Shown here piece by piece: positions 51,114 to 59,068 of a stretch of 64,000 nucleotides of DNA. The notes below the pieces were generated by a model that was not told the origin of the DNA, did not search any database, and saw nothing but the letters and a program-made list of their open reading frames with translations. Position 1 is the stretch's first letter. Each line of letters starts with the position of its first letter. A program made the translations under genes and the position numbers. The DNA is from an uncultured Chloroflexia bacterium (GTDB lineage: Bacteria > Chloroflexota > Limnocylindria > Limnocylindrales > CSP1-4): positions 32,001 through 96,000 of the forward strand of contig CAVTHS010000003.1 of the NCBI GenBank assembly GCA_963734535.1. The letters run 5' to 3'.

Positions 51114-52634
51114 ATGACCGTTCCCCTTGACTTCGAGCATCGGTACCGCGCGGTCGCCAGCAGGGATTCCCGCTTCGACGGGTACTTCTTCCTGGGGGTG
51201 ACCTCGACCGGCATCTACTGCCGGCCAAGCTGCCCGGCCCGCACGCCGCGACGCGATCACGTGAGGTTCTACCCGACGGCCGCGGCGGCGCAGGCGGGCG
51301 GCTTCCGCGCCTGCAAGCGCTGCATCCCGGGAGCCGTGCCCGGCTCGCCGGAGTGGGACGTCCGCGGCGACGTGGCCGGCCGGGCGATGCAGCTCGTGGC
51401 GGACGGGGTCGTGGAGCGCGAAGGCGTCCCGGGTCTCGCGGGCCGGCTGGGTTACGGGGAGCGACAGCTGCGGCGGATCCTGCTGGCCGACCTCGGGGCG
51501 GCGCCACTCGCGCTGGCCCGAGCGCAGCGGGCCCATGTCGCCAGGCTGCTGCTCGAGACGACCGATCTCCCGATCACGGAGATCGCGTTCGCGGCTGGGT
51601 TCGCCTCGCTGCGCCAGTTCAACGCCACCATCCGCGACGTCTTCGACGCCAGCCCGACGTTGCTCCGCGAACGGCGCCGGCGCGGCCGCGAACACCACGT
51701 CCCCAACCGCATGGAGATTCGGCTGGCCCGTCGCGCGCCGTTCGACTTCGGCACGCTGCTGGCGTTCCTCGGCCCGCGCGCCATCCCGGGCGTGGAGGAG
51801 GTCGTCGGCGACACGTACCGACGCACGCTGAAACTGCCCCACGGGCCCGCCATTGTCGAGGTGGCCGACGACGGCACGGCCGTCCGGTGCCGGCTCGAGC
51901 TCAGCGACCCGCGGGACCTGGGGCCGGCTGTCGCGCGTGTGCGGCGGCTGCTCGATCTCGATGCCGACCCGGTCGCCGTCGACGACGTGCTGGGTCGCGA
52001 CCCGGTGCTCGGCCGGCTGGTCCGCGCGACGCCGGGGCGCAGGGCGCCCGGGGCGATCGACGGCCCGGAGCTCGCGATCCGGGCGGTCCTGGGCCAGCAG
52101 GTGTCGATCGTTGCCGCGCGCACGCTCGCCGCCCGACTGACGCGGGCCGAGGGAACCCCGCTTGGAACGCCGAGCGGCGGCCTGACCCACCTCTTCCCGG
52201 AGCCGTCGCGGATCGCGGGTGCGCCGGATGCGAGCCTGCCCATGCCCGCATCGCGTCGCCGAACTGTCCGGGCGCTCGCGGCCGCGCTCTCCGACGGGAC
52301 GCTCCTGCTCGACGCGGGCGTCGACCGCGAAGCGGCGCGCGTCCGGCTCGGCCGGCTCCCGGGCATCGGTCCGTGGACGGCCGGCTATGTCGCGCTTCGC
52401 GCGCTCGGCGATCCGGACGTGCTCCTCGCGGACGATCTCGGGGTGCGGAGGGCGGCCACGGCGCTCGGCCTCCCGAACGACCCCGCGGCGCTCCGCGCGC
52501 GGGGCGAACGCTGGGGCCCGTGGCGCTCCTACGCTACGCATCACCTGTGGGCGTCGCTCGCCTCGAGCGCCGCCGCCGGCACGACCGTCGGCACCGACCC
52601 CGTCCCCGCTGCACCGGAGGAGCCCGTCCCGTGA
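51114..52634 (+). CDS. alkA: Ada-like metal-binding/AraC domain fused to AlkA DNA-3-methyladenine glycosylase
   Basis: TGIYCRPSC, FRACKRC, AraC HTH, GQQVS, LPGIGPWTA HhH, PWRSYA. Confidence 0.92.
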   Translation: MTVPLDFEHRYRAVASRDSRFDGYFFLGVTSTGIYCRPSCPARTPRRDHVRFYPTAAAAQAGGFRACKRCIPGAVPGSPEWDVRGDVAGRAMQLVADGVVEREGVPGLAGRLGYGERQLRRILLADLGAAPLALARAQRAHVARLLLETTDLPITEIAFAAGFASLRQFNATIRDVFDASPTLLRERRRRGREHHVPNRMEIRLARRAPFDFGTLLAFLGPRAIPGVEEVVGDTYRRTLKLPHGPAIVEVADDGTAVRCRLELSDPRDLGPAVARVRRLLDLDADPVAVDDVLGRDPVLGRLVRATPGRRAPGAIDGPELAIRAVLGQQVSIVAARTLAARLTRAEGTPLGTPSGGLTHLFPEPSRIAGAPDASLPMPASRRRTVRALAAALSDGTLLLDAGVDREAARVRLGRLPGIGPWTAGYVALRALGDPDVLLADDLGVRRAATALGLPNDPAALRARGERWGPWRSYATHHLWASLASSAAAGTTVGTDPVPAAPEEPVP

Positions 52635-53137
52635 TCGTTCACGCGTCCCACGCCACCCCCATCGGCCCGCTCCTTCTCGTCGGCGAGCGCGACCGTGCCG
52701 GCGCTGTCCGGCTTTCCGGGATCTACATGGAGCAGCATCGAAACGGCCCGGCCGTGGATCCATCCTGGTCCGAGGATCCGTCCGCGTTCGGCGAGGTCGC
52801 GCGCCAGCTCGACGAGTATTTCGAGGGCACGCGGGCACTGTTCGACCTGCCGCTGGCCCCGGCTGGGACGCCGTTCCAGCGCCGCGTCTGGGCGGAGCTC
52901 GCCCACGTCGCCCCGGGAACGACCATCACCTACGGCGAGCTCGCCCGGCGCGCGGGCCACCCAGGCGCAGCCCGGGCGGTCGGCGCGGCCGTCGGCCGCA
53001 ATCCCATCTCGATCGTGGTGCCATGCCACCGCGTCGTCGGCGCGGATGGGACCCTGACCGGCTACGCGGGCGGCGTCGCACGCAAGGCATTCCTCCTCGC
53101 GCTTGAAGGCCCGTCGGCCGGGCTCGCTGCCCGGTGA
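52631..53137 (+). CDS. ogt: Methylated-DNA--protein-cysteine methyltransferase
   Basis: GTPFQRRVW, ARAVG, NPISIVVPCHRV, LTGYAGG. Confidence 0.95.
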   Translation: MIVHASHATPIGPLLLVGERDRAGAVRLSGIYMEQHRNGPAVDPSWSEDPSAFGEVARQLDEYFEGTRALFDLPLAPAGTPFQRRVWAELAHVAPGTTITYGELARRAGHPGAARAVGAAVGRNPISIVVPCHRVVGADGTLTGYAGGVARKAFLLALEGPSAGLAAR

Positions 53138-54084
53138 CACCAGTCAGGGCCGCTGCGGCGACGGGGACATCGGCGGCGCAGGGATCCGGCCGCGGCTGGC
53201 TGCTCCCGTACCTGGGCGCCGCGCTCATCTGGGGCTGCTCCTTCCTGTTCATCAAGATCGGGCTGGAGGCGCTCTCGCCGATCCACGTCGCGTTCGGACG
53301 GCAGGCGCTCGGCGCTGTGGCGCTCCTCGTCCTCGCTGGCGTGACGCGCGTCCGGCTGCCCCGTGAGCGCGGGACGTGGGCGCACCTGTTCGTGGTCGCG
53401 CTTCTTCTCAACAGCGTGCCGTCGACGCTCTTCGCGTTCGGCGAGACGCACGTCTCGTCCGTGGTCGCGGGGATCATCAACGCGGTCACGCCGCTCGCCA
53501 CGATCCTGGCGATGTTCGTGGCGTTCCGGTCCGACCGCCCGACCGCCGGCACGGTCGCCGGAATCCTTCTCGGCTTCGCCGGCATCCTGGTTGTCGTGGG
53601 GATCTGGAACGGGGTCGGCAGCAACGAGGCCCTGGGCGTGCTGGCCTGCCTCGGCGCGGTCGCCTGCTACGGGATCGGCTTTCCGTACATCCGGCGCAAC
53701 CTCGCCCCGCGAGGGGAGCGGCCGCTCGCCCTGGCCGCCGCCCAGATCACGCTCGCGGCCCTGCAGCTCCTCCCCTTCGCGCTGCTCGATACGAGCCCGA
53801 TCGGTGATCTGACGCCTCGGGTCCTCGGTGCGATGCTGGCGCTCGGGGCGCTCGGTACCGGGATCGCCTACGTCTGGAACTTCCAGGTCATCGAGCGTGC
53901 GGGCGCGACGATGGCGAGCACGGTCACCTACCTCACGCCCCTCGTCGCGATCGCGGTCGGCGCATCGCTGCTCGGCGAGGCGGTGACGCTCAACCAGCCG
54001 CTCGGCGGGGTCGTGGTGCTGCTGGGCGTCGCGCTCGCACAGGGCCGCTTCGCGCTTCCGGCGGGCCGGCGGTCGCCCGCGTAA
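53134..54084 (+). CDS. EamA/DMT family transporter
   Basis: IWGCSFLFIK, TYLTPLVA, about 10 TM segments. Confidence 0.9.
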   Translation: MTPVRAAAATGTSAAQGSGRGWLLPYLGAALIWGCSFLFIKIGLEALSPIHVAFGRQALGAVALLVLAGVTRVRLPRERGTWAHLFVVALLLNSVPSTLFAFGETHVSSVVAGIINAVTPLATILAMFVAFRSDRPTAGTVAGILLGFAGILVVVGIWNGVGSNEALGVLACLGAVACYGIGFPYIRRNLAPRGERPLALAAAQITLAALQLLPFALLDTSPIGDLTPRVLGAMLALGALGTGIAYVWNFQVIERAGATMASTVTYLTPLVAIAVGASLLGEAVTLNQPLGGVVVLLGVALAQGRFALPAGRRSPA

Positions 54085-54144
54085 CGGACCGAACGCGGCT
54101 GTGCTCCACCAGTGGGCGGTCATGTCCGCCCCGGGTGCCCGCGG

Positions 54145-54750
54145 TCAGCCGGCCGTCTCCGTCATCTCGGCAACCGACTGCCCGAGGATGTCGCGCAGCC
54201 GCAGGAGCGCCGTGCGGATGCGCGTCTTGGCCGTTCCCAGCGGGATGCCCAGCGCCTCGGAGACCTCGACATGCGTCAGGCCCCCGAAGAACGCCATCTC
54301 GACGGCCGTCCGTTGGGCCTCCGGCAGCTCGGCGATCGCGGCCCGGACAGCGTCGCGCCGCACGTGCAGCCATGCCTCCTGGTCGACGTCGTCCGCCGCC
54401 TCCTCGAGCTCGAGGTCGACGTCGGCCGTGTGCCGGCGCACGCTCGCCTCCTTGCGCACGAGGTCGATCGCCTTGTGCCGGGCAAGGGAGAACAGCCAGG
54501 AGCTCAGCGATCCGCGGGCCGGGTCGAAGCGGCCGGCGTTCTTCCAGACCGCGACGAACACCTCCTGGACGACATCCTGGGCGAACCGGTCACCGCCCGT
54601 CACCTGGTAGGCAAGGGAGTAGAGCGGGCCGGAATAGCGTTCGTGGAGTGCCTCGATGGCCCGCTCGTCCTGCTCGCGGATCCGGACGAGAAGCGCGGCC
54701 TCTTCCGCCCGGCGTTCGTCAGGGGTTGGCGCGGCTTTCGCGTCCGGCAC
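54145..54750 (-). CDS. ECF sigma-70 factor (SigK-like)
   Basis: DVVQEVF, FDPARGSLSSWL, PLGTAKTRIR. Confidence 0.92.
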   Translation of the reverse strand: MPDAKAAPTPDERRAEEAALLVRIREQDERAIEALHERYSGPLYSLAYQVTGGDRFAQDVVQEVFVAVWKNAGRFDPARGSLSSWLFSLARHKAIDLVRKEASVRRHTADVDLELEEAADDVDQEAWLHVRRDAVRAAIAELPEAQRTAVEMAFFGGLTHVEVSEALGIPLGTAKTRIRTALLRLRDILGQSVAEMTETAG

Positions 54751-54753
54751 GGA

Positions 54754-55740
54754 TCAGCGCCCGGATGATCCCGAGACCAGGTCGGCACGATCCCGGAAGC
54801 GCTCCAGGACGCGGTAGAAGCTGCGCCGGGCGAGGCGGTCACGGTCCGGGACGTCCGGCGAGACCGCGCCGCCTTGTTCATGGCGGACCAGCGGGAGCTC
54901 GAGGCGCAGGGCGCGCCGCGGAGGCCGGTCCGGGTTCGCGCCGGCGCGCAGCACCAGGCTCCACCACGTGTCCAGCCACCGGTCGGAGACGAGCTTTCCG
55001 TCGAGCGGGCCGAGGGTCGCGATCTCGGCCCGCCGGAAGGCCAGCCAGGTGGCATCGATGGCGTCGACGTCGGGTCCCGCGGCCTCGTCGAGATGGCCCA
55101 GGTCCGGGCCGGCAACGCCGAACCCACCGGCGACCGCGACGGAGGGATCGGCGAACGCATCGACCAGCGGCGTGAGGGCATCGCCGATCATCTCGACGGA
55201 CGGCCCCGCGAGCACCACCACCTCGCCGCGGGCGCGACGGAGGCCCGCGTTCAGGGCGATGGCATGCCCGAGCCGCGCGCTGGTCCAGACGAGCTCCGGA
55301 TCGGTTCCGGCGATCGGAGCCAGGTCGGGTGAGCCCGGGGCGAGCCGCTCGGCCTGTTCCGGTGGCGGGTCGTTGGCGACGAGCAGGACCTGCGTGCCGC
55401 CCGGGGCGTGGACGCGGAGGCCGTCGAGGATCCGCGCAAGGGCGTCGGGCTGGTCGCCGGCGACCAGGAGGACCGTGAAGGGGGCGGTGGCGGGCTCGTC
55501 GAGCAGGGACGGCACGGTCTCCGCGCTCCCGTGGCGCACGACCCGGGTGTCCTCGATCGTGGGAGGCGCGGCAGGCTCCAGACGATAGGCCGTTCCGCGA
55601 TCCATCACGCGCCAGCCCGCCGCCTCGATGCTCGCCCGGAGGATGTCGGCGCGGGCGAAGTCGCGGCCGGCGCGGGCGTTCGCCCGTTCGCGCGCCAGCG
55701 CCTCGATCTCGTCGGGCGGCGTAGAGGAGGCCGGTGTCAC
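54754..55740 (-). CDS. CysRS C-terminal-like helical domain fused to a GT2-like glycosyltransferase domain
   Basis: ARERANARAGRDFARADILRASIEAAGWRVMD; LGHAIALNAGLRRARGEVVVL. Confidence 0.68.
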   Translation of the reverse strand: MTPASSTPPDEIEALARERANARAGRDFARADILRASIEAAGWRVMDRGTAYRLEPAAPPTIEDTRVVRHGSAETVPSLLDEPATAPFTVLLVAGDQPDALARILDGLRVHAPGGTQVLLVANDPPPEQAERLAPGSPDLAPIAGTDPELVWTSARLGHAIALNAGLRRARGEVVVLAGPSVEMIGDALTPLVDAFADPSVAVAGGFGVAGPDLGHLDEAAGPDVDAIDATWLAFRRAEIATLGPLDGKLVSDRWLDTWWSLVLRAGANPDRPPRRALRLELPLVRHEQGGAVSPDVPDRDRLARRSFYRVLERFRDRADLVSGSSGR

Positions 55741-57182
55741 TCCGCGAGTGTAGCCGGGACGATGGGCAGGACGACGCTGACGCGGGCGCCGCGCGGCGCG
55801 AGGTTCTCGGCCGCCGCATCGCCTCCGTGACGCCGCGCCAGCTCGCGGACGATGGCGAGGCCGAGCCCCGAGCCCGGGCCGCTCCGGGATGGGTCCCCGC
55901 GGTACGAGCGGTCGAACGCGTGCTCGAGGCCGCCCGGCGGGAAGCCTGGACCATCATCCGAGACGGAAAGCACGATCGACGGGCGCCCATCGGGCGTTCG
56001 GGCGCCGCGGACGCCCAGGTGGACGCTGGGCGCGGCGTTCCCGGCGACCCCGTGCCCGACCGCGGCGAGCGCATTCTCGACCAGGTTCGAGAGGATTCGC
56101 TCGACGGCGAGCCGGTCCGCCGCGAATGGCAGCGCGACGGACGGCGTGTCGGTCACCAGGTCCACGCCCACGGCCGCCGCCCGCGGGGCGAACCGCGCGC
56201 CAGCTTCCGCGATCACAGCGCCGCCCTCCAGCTGTTCCGGCCGGAAAGCGGCCGACTCGTCGCGGAGCCCGTCGAGCGCGCCGAGCTCGCCGACGAGCCG
56301 TTCGAGCCGTGCCGCCTCGTCGGCGATCGCCCGCGCCGCCCGGGGCGCCGCGTCGCCGCTCGCGGTCCCGTCCACGAGGGCCTCCGCGAACCCGCCGATC
56401 ACGGTCAGCGGCGTCCGCAGGTCGTGGCGAAGGTTCGCGAGCAGCTCGGTCTCGGCGCGCCGTGTCCGCGCCAGCTCGCCCCGCATGGCATTGAACCTGA
56501 TGGTCACCTCCCGGACCTCGCTCGGGCCCTCCACCGGCAGTGGTGGCGGTTCCGGCCCGGTGCCCTCGGCAGGCACCGCCGCGGTTGCGACCGCGAGCCG
56601 CCGGAGCGGGCCGGTGGTGGAGCGCGCGAGCAGCCAGGCGAGCGGCCCGCCCACCAGGAGCACGACGAGCCCGACCAGCGGCAGCGTCCGCAGGAGGTCC
56701 CCGAGCGCCTCCGCACCTGCGCGGTCCGGGGCCGCCAGGACGATCGCGCGCGACAGGACGGCCCCGGGCTGTGTGAGCGCCACGACGCTCGTCGCGCGCG
56801 TCGTGCCGTCGTCGAATCGGAGCGTCGCGTCGGCGACGGTCCCGCGGCCGCCGCCCGGGATGGCGGGCAGGTCGCCGACGGGCCGGGCACTTCCCGCGAG
56901 GCTGAGCGGAGGACGAGCCGCGCCGGGCACGAACAGGAGCGCGATGTCCAGCGAGTCGAGCTGGTCGCGCAGCGTCTCGAGCGCGGTGGCAACGTCGGCA
57001 CGGTCCGCGCGCGCCCCGAGCTGCCCGACGATCGTGGCGCCGACCGCATGCAGCCGCCCGAACGCCGCGTCGCGGTGGAGCCCGCGGACGACCACGAAGA
57101 GGGCCCCGCCGACGCCGACGAGCACGGCGAGCGCAGTCAGGGTGAGCGTGAGGGCGAGGCGGCCGGCGAGGCTCCTGGGCAC
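55737..57182 (-). CDS. HAMP-domain sensor histidine kinase
   Basis: Two TM helices, HAMP, HDLRTPLT, NLVENA, DDGPG, GSGLGL. Confidence 0.93.
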   Translation of the reverse strand: MPRSLAGRLALTLTLTALAVLVGVGGALFVVVRGLHRDAAFGRLHAVGATIVGQLGARADRADVATALETLRDQLDSLDIALLFVPGAARPPLSLAGSARPVGDLPAIPGGGRGTVADATLRFDDGTTRATSVVALTQPGAVLSRAIVLAAPDRAGAEALGDLLRTLPLVGLVVLLVGGPLAWLLARSTTGPLRRLAVATAAVPAEGTGPEPPPLPVEGPSEVREVTIRFNAMRGELARTRRAETELLANLRHDLRTPLTVIGGFAEALVDGTASGDAAPRAARAIADEAARLERLVGELGALDGLRDESAAFRPEQLEGGAVIAEAGARFAPRAAAVGVDLVTDTPSVALPFAADRLAVERILSNLVENALAAVGHGVAGNAAPSVHLGVRGARTPDGRPSIVLSVSDDGPGFPPGGLEHAFDRSYRGDPSRSGPGSGLGLAIVRELARRHGGDAAAENLAPRGARVSVVLPIVPATLAE

Positions 57183-57192
57183 GTGGGGTGCC

Positions 57193-57918
57193 TCAGCGCG
57201 CGTCTTCGGACGGGAAGCGCGCGTCTTCGGACGGGAGCGAAGCGCGCGCGGGTGGGACGAGCCGGTATCCCACGCCGCGCACCGTCTCGATGGGCGGTCC
57301 GTCGTCGCCGAGGTGCTTGCGCAGCTCCGCGACATGGACGTCGACGGTCCGGGTCTCGCCCGGGAAGTCCGTACCCCACACGTCCTCGAGGAGGACGTCC
57401 CGGGTCAGGACCACCCCGGGGTCCCGGGCGAGCGCTGCCAGCAGGTCGAACTCGCGCGCCCGGAGCTCGAGGCGGCGATCGCCGACGATGGCCTCGCGAC
57501 GACGGCCGTCGATCCGGAGCGATCCGACCTCGATCGGACGGGCACCCGCCGCGGACCTGGCGCTTCGCCGGAGGATCGCCTTGACACGGGCCACCAGGGC
57601 GCGTGGGTTGAAGGGTTTGGTCACGTAGTCGTCGGCGCCCAGCTCGAGCCCGACGATCGTATCCACGTCGTCCGTGCGGGCCGTGAGCATGAGGACCGGG
57701 GTATCGCCGCGGCGACGGATCTCCCGGCAGACGTCGAACCCGTCCTGCCTCGGCAGCATCAGATCGAGGACGACGAGATCCGGGTCGTGCCGCAGGTGGA
57801 GCGCGAGCCCCTCGTCGCCGTCGCGAGCCGCGATCACCTCGAAGCCCTCCTTCTCCAGGTAGAGGCGGAGGAGCGCCACGATGTTCGGCTCGTCGTCGAC
57901 GACGAGAACGCGCTTCAT
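57193..57918 (-). CDS. OmpR-family response regulator
   Basis: VLVVDDE, LDLMLP, GADDYVTKPF, RTVDVHV, TVRGVGY. Confidence 0.95.
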   Translation of the reverse strand: MKRVLVVDDEPNIVALLRLYLEKEGFEVIAARDGDEGLALHLRHDPDLVVLDLMLPRQDGFDVCREIRRRGDTPVLMLTARTDDVDTIVGLELGADDYVTKPFNPRALVARVKAILRRSARSAAGARPIEVGSLRIDGRRREAIVGDRRLELRAREFDLLAALARDPGVVLTRDVLLEDVWGTDFPGETRTVDVHVAELRKHLGDDGPPIETVRGVGYRLVPPARASLPSEDARFPSEDAR

Positions 57919-58045
57919 GGTTCTGGAGTCTACGGTGCGCCGGCCGGCCCAAGGGGCTCGAACGTAAGCGCCGCGTAAGCCCGGATCCACCGAGAGGAAC
58001 CGAGCGGGAGGCTGGCCCCGGAGCGGCCGACTGGAGTGGCGAGAC

Positions 58046-58663
58046 TCAGGCGAGCACCAGGTTGTTGAGGGCGTGGAGACCGATGCACGTCCACAGGGAA
58101 CCCTTCCTGTGCAAGACGTAGCCCATCCAGACCGAGAAGAACGCCACCCATAGACAGCCCATCGCCGAGATATCGGTGCCCCTGGCGAGCCAGAGAGGCA
58201 CGTGGTAGAGAACGAAGAGGGCCGCCGTCGCGAGGTTGCCTCCAGTCGTGCCGACCATGCTGTCCAGGCGTCGCAGCAGAACGCCGCGGAAAGCGGCCTC
58301 CTCCACCACCGGCGAGACGATGACGGCTGAGACCAGGTAGAAGGCCGAGATCGGGGGCAGGTCCGGTCGCCCGCCGTGGATGAGCAATGAGTACGCAGCA
58401 ATCAGGACTGCTCCGCCGAACAACCATCCCAATTGCGGTGCCTTGTCGAGACCGAGATAGGCTGCGGGATCGGCCCGCTCCAGCCGCGGGTATGCCAGGG
58501 CGAGCGTTCCCCACAGAACGAGTTTGAGCGCGAGCGCCAGGGTGGCCGAATATGGAAGCGCCAGGAGCAGCAGGCTCCACAGCCCGATGGGTATCGCGAT
58601 CAGCGCCGTGGTGCCGGCAAGCGCGGAGCCACGCCAACGTCCGGGCTCGGCGTGCGGGATCAA
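58046..58663 (-). CDS. CPBP/CAAX (Abi) family intramembrane metalloprotease
   Basis: PVVEEAAFRG, FVLYH, HALNN. Start uncertain (TTG 58663). Confidence 0.85.
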   Translation of the reverse strand: MIPHAEPGRWRGSALAGTTALIAIPIGLWSLLLLALPYSATLALALKLVLWGTLALAYPRLERADPAAYLGLDKAPQLGWLFGGAVLIAAYSLLIHGGRPDLPPISAFYLVSAVIVSPVVEEAAFRGVLLRRLDSMVGTTGGNLATAALFVLYHVPLWLARGTDISAMGCLWVAFFSVWMGYVLHRKGSLWTCIGLHALNNLVLA

Positions 58664-59005
58664 GGTGAGACCAGAACTGGGGGGGAACTGGACCCCGAGG
58701 GCCGAACGAGATCCCGAGCACCGGCGGACCCTTCGGCGTCGCCAACGCTCGGCAGAGCCGGGACCTCCGGCAGGGCATCGTCGTAGCGAGCGCGTCTCAC
58801 GGCAGAGCGCTCCAGCTGCACAGGCACTTCCAATCGAGCGCGGATTGCTCCCCGCGGCCGCCGTTCTGCGGCGTGGGCATGGTTCCAAGCATAAGGATCG
58901 TTCGCGGCCGCCACCGCTCGATCTGCCGAGCTGCCGGCGTGAGGAATCGTCGGCGGCGCCACCGGTCTGGCGGCTGCACTTCCGTGGATCCGGAGTCGGG
59001 TCAAG

Positions 59006-59033
59006 CGCCCGATCGGGCACGTTCGGCTGCCCG
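59006..59033 (+). promoter_or_regulatory. Upstream element CGCCCGATCGGGCACGT-N4-CTGCCCG (copy 2)
   Basis: Same core as the reverse complement of 4063-4079; directly upstream of the large QRxAGN protein. Confidence 0.6.
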
Positions 59034-59068
59034 ATCGTCCGCCCGAAATCGCCTGTGGGCGGGTCCGC

